From: a virus
Lineage: Duplodnaviria > Caudoviricetes
IMG/VR virus record: IMGVR_UViG_3300029318_000055
Location: 1-31,776 of that record
Strand: one strand, 5' to 3'
Length of the DNA: 31,776 nucleotides
The notes beneath the pieces were generated by a model that had not been told where the DNA came from, searched no databases, and saw only the letters and a list, made by a program, of their open reading frames with translations. A program made the position numbers and the translations under genes. Shown in pieces: positions 26,515 through 31,776 of this stretch. Position 1 is the stretch's first letter. Each line of letters opens with the position of its first letter.

Positions 26515-27747
26515 TTAATAGTTTTTAAGTTTCAATTTCAACCCTGAACTATTATCTCCACTAATTGCTTTAACTTTAACACCACCAGTATCAACATAAC
26601 CGTCAGATGTTTTTCTTGGGTCCATATTAATATTCTTAGCGCTTGCCGACATTTCTTTTATTGCATCGGATTTACCTTGCTCATAAAAATGTTTTGCTAA
26701 AGCATCTGGATTTGAAGCGGCAAACAAGGATTTGTGAAAGTCTTTAGCGTTAACCATCATTTGATTTTTGTCAACATATTTATCAAAAACATTTGATAAA
26801 TTACTATTTTCTTTCGCCTTATTAACATCTTTAATATTGAAACGATATTTTTTGTCTCCAACATTGAAGTTAAAACCTTTAAATTCATTGTTAAATACTT
26901 TGTCAGTTTCATTTTTAAAATGCGATGTTTGCTTCGCCAATAATTCACTAGCTGATTTTTGCTCCTCATTATAGCGGCTGAAAAATTCTATAGCTTTTTG
27001 CTGTTCCGGTAGTAACTTAGAACCCAACTTGACTTCTTTGTAATACTTATCCTTCAACCCTGTCAAAAAGTTTTTAGCATTTGCAACCTCCTCCTTTAGA
27101 GCTAATTTTTTTCTACGCACGTTTCTTTCATCGTCTAAATCCTCATCTACTGAAAATTTATCTTCCATTAAAAATTGAATTTCTTCGTATGAAAGATGCG
27201 GCTTAGTTTGTTTATAATACTCAACTAATAGAGTATCATCATCTACATTAGAATAATCTGCATTTAATCTAGCGTAATCATCTATAGTTCCGCCAGTTTC
27301 TTCCATAAATTTAACTAATTCCTGTATATTTTCAGGCAAGTTTATTTCTGGTTCTTGTGCTTTTTCTTCCTGTAGTATTTCTTCTTGTTTCGGTGCGGGC
27401 TCGGCAGCTTCATCGCTTCCTTCCACTCCTGTATCGTTAACTGTATCTGCTTCATCTGTAACCTCCTCTATTATCGGGATTTCTTCTTCTCGTACTTCTT
27501 GCAGTCCCACTTCGGCTTCTTGCCCAGTTTCTTCAACCTCGCTGCTTCCGCTAGACACGCTATCTTCTGTTTCTTGTTCTTGAACGGCATCTTCTTGTGG
27601 ATTTTCGTTAAACTTTGTTAGATCAATCTTGTACATACCGTCATCTTCTACGGTAACGCCGGCTTTTTCTAACACCTCTTGTTCTTCTTGGGCTATAGAT
27701 TTGGGTTCATCCGCTTCTACAGCTTGTACTTTAATTTCTTCTGCCAT
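26515..27747 (-). CDS. Capsid scaffolding protein
   Basis: Very acidic disordered N-terminus and helical C-terminus (AKHFYEQGKSDA); between portal and capsid genes. Confidence 0.75.
   Translation of the reverse strand: MAEEIKVQAVEADEPKSIAQEEQEVLEKAGVTVEDDGMYKIDLTKFNENPQEDAVQEQETEDSVSSGSSEVEETGQEAEVGLQEVREEEIPIIEEVTDEADTVNDTGVEGSDEAAEPAPKQEEILQEEKAQEPEINLPENIQELVKFMEETGGTIDDYARLNADYSNVDDDTLLVEYYKQTKPHLSYEEIQFLMEDKFSVDEDLDDERNVRRKKLALKEEVANAKNFLTGLKDKYYKEVKLGSKLLPEQQKAIEFFSRYNEEQKSASELLAKQTSHFKNETDKVFNNEFKGFNFNVGDKKYRFNIKDVNKAKENSNLSNVFDKYVDKNQMMVNAKDFHKSLFAASNPDALAKHFYEQGKSDAIKEMSASAKNINMDPRKTSDGYVDTGGVKVKAISGDNSSGLKLKLKNY
27342..27455 (-). CDS. Nested +1-frame basic microprotein B (37 aa) inside the scaffold gene
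   Basis: MKQIQLTIQEWKEAMKLPSPHRNKKKYYRKKKHKNQK; preceded by AGGAGG 6 nt upstream. Confidence 0.55.
   Translation of the reverse strand: MKQIQLTIQEWKEAMKLPSPHRNKKKYYRKKKHKNQK
27471..27590 (-). CDS. Nested +1-frame basic microprotein A (39 aa) inside the scaffold gene
   Basis: MPFKNKKQKIACLAEAARLKKLGKKPKWDCKKYEKKKSR, ending TAA TAG. Confidence 0.6.
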   Translation of the reverse strand: MPFKNKKQKIACLAEAARLKKLGKKPKWDCKKYEKKKSR

Positions 27748-27776
27748 AATAAAATATTATATAATTATTAAAAAAT

Positions 27777-30197
27777 TTATCTTGGTTCAAATTGCTCTAA
27801 ACCAAACCCACCTAAGTTATCAAATCCAGCAGATTCAAAATCTTTTGGTGGCGTACCAGATTTTCTCTGGTCTATAAGCTCACTCTGTTGAGTAGCTTGT
27901 ATTTTTGTTCGCTCATCTTTGCGATCTTCTTTATACTTCTCTTTATTTTTAATTACATCTGCTTCAGCTTCTTTAAGCTGCATATTCAATTGAAATTCAA
28001 ATTCCATCAATTCTTTCTTAATTGCGGCTTCTCTTTCTAATTTTTGAATATCAAACTGTGTTTGTGCTTGTGCAATTTTAACTTTGCTATCAGCAACACC
28101 TTGTTGTTTTTGCATATCCGCTGCCGCTGCCGCTTGTGCTGATTGAGCATTCGCTTGTGATTGCGCTTGAATATTTTGCATTTGCAATTGTCTATCTCTT
28201 TCAAATTTCTTTTTTCTTCTTAGCTTTAATAATTGATTAGCTAATTTAAGATTTTTGATTTCTCTTACGTCAATAACATCCTCTAATTCTATTTGTTTTT
28301 GTGAAATAGCCATTTGAATATTATTTTCAAGTAATTGTTTTTCTTCTATATCAGGTGATAATTCTAAGAATATACCAAAATCATGTATATGTAAACTATT
28401 TATTTCTGATAATGTGGCCATATCAAATTTACCTAGTGATTGTATAAATGATTGTTTTGTATTTGAATATTCTAATACGTCTGCTATTCTTAATGATACT
28501 GCTTCTGCGGTTTTCAATGTTAAATATAAACCACCTTGTAATATATGTCTTGTAGCCGTATTACTATTTGCAGCTGCAATTTTTTGTATACCAACTAAAG
28601 CATTTTTATCTGGTGTACTACCATCTCTTGCTTCATTTAAACCTGTTACATCTCTCATCATTTGCAAATAATAATTATAAGATTGTATCAAGCTTGCTAT
28701 TTTTGCATTACCACCGCCTGCTCGTAATTCTTGAATAGGTATTTTACCACCATTGAAATCACCATCTTGCGTCATAGATCTACCAATAACAGAACCAGTT
28801 TGGAAATACATGTTCAATGCTTCTTGTGGATTATAATTTGTTCCGTTACCTAAATCAACTTCAGCTAACCCGTCAGCATCAAGATATACACCATCTGGCA
28901 CCATTCTTGAAAGTACTTGTTGTAATTTAAGATGTGTTATTTGAATCATATCAGCAAATGATGTCATTCTACCTACTAATGATTCTGGCTTACCTTTATA
29001 TATTCTTGGAGCTACAATTGAATAACTCATTTGTACTTTAGTAATATCTGACTTTGGTCTTGTCATATTTACTGCTTTACCCCATTTAAGTATTTTTTCT
29101 TGACCTACAATTTTAGCACCACAATATAAACACTCTATTGATCTATTTACTTTTTCAAATCTTGATCTTGCGTCTTTAGGCGGGTTAAACTCATCTGTTT
29201 TAACTATTGCTTTTTCAGAACCAGTTGCTGTTTGTTTTATTTTATATACTTGATTTTCAAAAGTTTTATATTCAAAATATAATATATAAACATAATTTTT
29301 ATCTTCAGCATCTGATGTAGTATATGTTTTATTATATAGTTTAGTATTTGCAGCGCCGTTGTTTTGTAACTTTTCAATATCCTCATTGGTTAAATATGGA
29401 AATTGTTTTTTAAGTTCTGAAATATTAACTCTTCTAACTTCACCTACATAATATATATCATCAAAATACGGTGATTCAGTATATGAATAAACTAAATCAG
29501 CAGGATCTACATATTCTAATTTAATACCTTCTGCTGTATTAAAACTATTTTTAACACATGCCATACCTAATACGGTTATGTCATAATCAAGCCTTTTCTT
29601 TAATAAATCATATTTGTTTAAAGCAAATACATTATTTATTGCCTGTTCTTGTGCTACCTCAATTGATTGTTTATAATTTAATTGCATATGAAGATTTAAC
29701 TCATCTTCATCTTCTGGTATACTTGTAGGATCATTTGTAAATGTATTTACACCTATTGCTTTTTCTAGCTTATTAGCATATTCTTTAGCATACATATCAT
29801 TAAGCATGTCATTAACAAACTTAGTTCTTGCTTTACTTGCGCTTTCGTCAATTGAATATGCTTTTAAATCATATGTTCTTTCCTGTATTCCGTTAACTAC
29901 TATATCTACAAACTTAGGTATAATAGGCACAGGCTTCCAATCTAAATTAAGATAAGATAAATCACCATTAATAGATAATTCATTTTTATATTTTTGTATA
30001 CTTTGCTCTCCTCTTGCATATAGTCTTAATCTATGGAAATTGTCTCTATTTGCAAAATAACGTGTACTTCCTGAGTCTTTTTTAAACCATTCAGCTTCAA
30101 TAGCTTTTGCAACTTGCAAACCATAGCTTATATCAGCTTTCTCAATGTCAGTTACGGCTTGACTTGGAAAATTACTTTTTGTTGTTATCTTAGCCAT
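27777..30197 (-). CDS. Portal protein (crAss-like type)
   Basis: RLYARGEQS, YLNLDWKPVPIIPKFVDIVVNG, RDVTGLNEARDG motifs; directly after terL. Confidence 0.88.
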   Translation of the reverse strand: MAKITTKSNFPSQAVTDIEKADISYGLQVAKAIEAEWFKKDSGSTRYFANRDNFHRLRLYARGEQSIQKYKNELSINGDLSYLNLDWKPVPIIPKFVDIVVNGIQERTYDLKAYSIDESASKARTKFVNDMLNDMYAKEYANKLEKAIGVNTFTNDPTSIPEDEDELNLHMQLNYKQSIEVAQEQAINNVFALNKYDLLKKRLDYDITVLGMACVKNSFNTAEGIKLEYVDPADLVYSYTESPYFDDIYYVGEVRRVNISELKKQFPYLTNEDIEKLQNNGAANTKLYNKTYTTSDAEDKNYVYILYFEYKTFENQVYKIKQTATGSEKAIVKTDEFNPPKDARSRFEKVNRSIECLYCGAKIVGQEKILKWGKAVNMTRPKSDITKVQMSYSIVAPRIYKGKPESLVGRMTSFADMIQITHLKLQQVLSRMVPDGVYLDADGLAEVDLGNGTNYNPQEALNMYFQTGSVIGRSMTQDGDFNGGKIPIQELRAGGGNAKIASLIQSYNYYLQMMRDVTGLNEARDGSTPDKNALVGIQKIAAANSNTATRHILQGGLYLTLKTAEAVSLRIADVLEYSNTKQSFIQSLGKFDMATLSEINSLHIHDFGIFLELSPDIEEKQLLENNIQMAISQKQIELEDVIDVREIKNLKLANQLLKLRRKKKFERDRQLQMQNIQAQSQANAQSAQAAAAADMQKQQGVADSKVKIAQAQTQFDIQKLEREAAIKKELMEFEFQLNMQLKEAEADVIKNKEKYKEDRKDERTKIQATQQSELIDQRKSGTPPKDFESAGFDNLGGFGLEQFEPR

Positions 30198-31775
30198 CTA
30201 GTTTATTATTTTTGAAATATTGCCTTTATTATTGTATTTGGCAAAACTAAAATTTACTTTATTACTTATTTGTCTTATTTGTTGTGGCGCATATAAATGC
30301 TTATTACATGCCATAATTGCTAACCCTGAGCTAATAGCGGCATCAAATTTTGTTCTATTACTTATATCAAACTTAGCCCAATCGTTTAATGTATCATTAA
30401 AATATAAATTGCCATATGTATTATCTGGCTTTAAACCTACATAGCTATTAATATAGCTTTCAATAGCGGCCGCGTGAGCTTGTCTTATATCTTCACTTGA
30501 ATTTGGTATACCACCTACTTCTTTTTCAGCAACTGATAATTTATTCCATATTCTATCAGGTCTATTCATCGAATAGCCTCTATATCCTCTTCTTTTTAAA
30601 TAATATAATAATCTAGGTTTATTATTTTCCGCGAGTATTGGCATTCCATAAAACACTAATGCCATTAATACATCTTCAAAAAACATTTCAGCAGTATCAG
30701 GTCTAGCTATATATTCTAAAAAGAATTGGCTAGCTGGTGCTTTTTCCATGGTAAACTTAGTTAAACCATGTAATGAACCCTTAGAGCCTTTACCATCAGT
30801 TGTTCCTGATATATCATAACTATCACAACCAAATGCCCCAACGTGCTCATTGCCAGGATATTTCCTGTTATTTTTTATTATTATTCTATTTTGTAATTCT
30901 ACATCCGGAACCCAGCTGACTTTAAACCTTCCGTTAGGATTTGGCGTAAACTGGACTTTTGTGTCTTTGATTCCGTTTTGCCACGAAAACGATCCCGTTG
31001 TAACATTAGACGATGTTGTAATACCTTCATTATAATCTATTTGCTCGTATATTTTTGTTAAGTTAAATATACTGTTTTTGGTTTCATCCCTGAATGCATG
31101 CTCTTCTGTACGTGGAAATTGTCTATAAAATTCGTTTAATGCATCTTGATCGCCTTTTAAACCTTCAACTTCATTTTCCCAGTGGCTAATAACTCCAATA
31201 TCAATAATTGATCCGTAGACATCTTTAACTTCTTTTTTCGGAGTGTCGAAGACAGGTATTCCATAAGAATCAATGAATCCTTCGAAATTCCATTCCATAG
31301 GAATGAACAAAGAATATAATCCTGAGCGAGTCTGTCCATTGCGGTTTCTTTTTGTAACGTCTGAATCATTATATAGTTTTTTAAAATTATCACCTCCTTT
31401 GTCTGATGAATTACTTGTTGAACCCATCATGCATTTTCCAATAATTTTACTACCTAACCTTAATGTGGTTTTCGTAACCCTCCAGTTGTTGAGGATGTTG
31501 TTCGGACGTTCCCACTTCCCCGATTCATCATGTACGAGGAGTTTGAGTTTCTCCCCATCGTAGGAGTTATCACCGGTGTTCTTCCAGTCGATGGTGGTAT
31601 CAAGCCCCTTGAGTTCCTCCAAGGCTTCGTCGGCATCGGTGGATGGGGCGGTAAGTTTACGACGGGTGTACTTGGTTGCGGGGACACGGTAGGCAAGCTC
31701 GGTCTTTGGACGGTCCATTCCGTCCTGGGTCGGCTTGAAAAAGAAGGGATAATTAACTGATATGGGTACCACCTT
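30198..31775 (-). CDS. terL: Terminase large subunit (5' partial)
   Basis: Walker B LLVHDESGKW, MGST coupling motif, nuclease AFGCDSYD and FDAAISSG; frame is open to the window edge. Confidence 0.9.
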   Translation of the reverse strand, partial: KVVPISVNYPFFFKPTQDGMDRPKTELAYRVPATKYTRRKLTAPSTDADEALEELKGLDTTIDWKNTGDNSYDGEKLKLLVHDESGKWERPNNILNNWRVTKTTLRLGSKIIGKCMMGSTSNSSDKGGDNFKKLYNDSDVTKRNRNGQTRSGLYSLFIPMEWNFEGFIDSYGIPVFDTPKKEVKDVYGSIIDIGVISHWENEVEGLKGDQDALNEFYRQFPRTEEHAFRDETKNSIFNLTKIYEQIDYNEGITTSSNVTTGSFSWQNGIKDTKVQFTPNPNGRFKVSWVPDVELQNRIIIKNNRKYPGNEHVGAFGCDSYDISGTTDGKGSKGSLHGLTKFTMEKAPASQFFLEYIARPDTAEMFFEDVLMALVFYGMPILAENNKPRLLYYLKRRGYRGYSMNRPDRIWNKLSVAEKEVGGIPNSSEDIRQAHAAAIESYINSYVGLKPDNTYGNLYFNDTLNDWAKFDISNRTKFDAAISSGLAIMACNKHLYAPQQIRQISNKVNFSFAKYNNKGNISKIIN

Positions 31776-31776
31776 A

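Larger units (their letters stand above)
1..31776. mobile_element. Bacteriophage genome segment (podovirus-type, probably Bacteroidota/Flavobacteriia host)
   Basis: Terminase-portal-scaffold-capsid-ring-muzzle-ejection gene order, endolysin, phage RNR, dense coding with no host housekeeping genes. Starts are generally AT-rich and lack Shine-Dalgarno motifs, as typical of Bacteroidota. Confidence 0.93.

Noticed and set aside
26757-26969. Other +1 nested ORFs (26757-26969, 924-1115, 2417-2611, 31157-31393)
   Set aside because: Short, no recognisable motif and little compositional shift; compatible with the natural stop-poverty of the +1 frame.
30195-30200. terL TAG directly abutting the portal ATG in frame (possible readthrough fusion)
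   Set aside because: The same stop-ATG abutment occurs at 17241/17240; most simply tight gene packing, with no readthrough signal seen.
1-31776. Stop-codon reassignment as in some Crassvirales
   Set aside because: All long genes are intact under the standard code, and TAG terminates terL, the GNAT and the 95-aa gene right next to the following start.
1-31776. tRNA genes, CRISPR arrays, integrase/att sites
   Set aside because: Intergenic gaps are nearly all under 80 nt and none shows a cloverleaf or spaced direct repeats; no recombinase ORF.

Overview
A 31.8-kb, ~30% GC segment of a tailed dsDNA phage, most likely a podovirus of marine Flavobacteriia/Bacteroidota with crAss-like/Cellulophaga-phage-type portal, ring and muzzle genes. 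Taxonomy is inferred from protein recognition, not from a search. The + strand (1-4560) carries the end of a nucleotide-metabolism operon: MazG-like pyrophosphatase, T7-endonuclease-I-like nuclease, class Ia nrdB/nrdA. It converges at a bidirectional terminator with a long - strand late operon: TerL (partial), portal, scaffold, major capsid, ring proteins, split muzzle, GNAT, three ejection proteins, small basic proteins, and an envelope/lysis cassette. The most striking signal is a hidden layer of recoding and overprinting. (1) A textbook -1 frameshift cassette (A_AAU_UUU, 6-nt spacer, H-type pseudoknot) sits at codons 41-43 of the 2114-aa ejection gene. (2) That giant protein carries a sigma-70 region-2-like domain, an HExxH protease and a PD-(D/E)xK-like domain rather than a virion RNA polymerase. 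(3) Two tandem basic microproteins are nested in the +1 frame of the scaffold. (4) A CxxC-less secreted thioredoxin is followed by a 17-aa double-CxxC peptide, downstream of a phage-encoded outer-membrane beta-barrel. (5) A 55% GC island lies inside terL, and long +1 ORFs lie inside nrdA/nrdB. No tRNA, CRISPR or integrase was seen.
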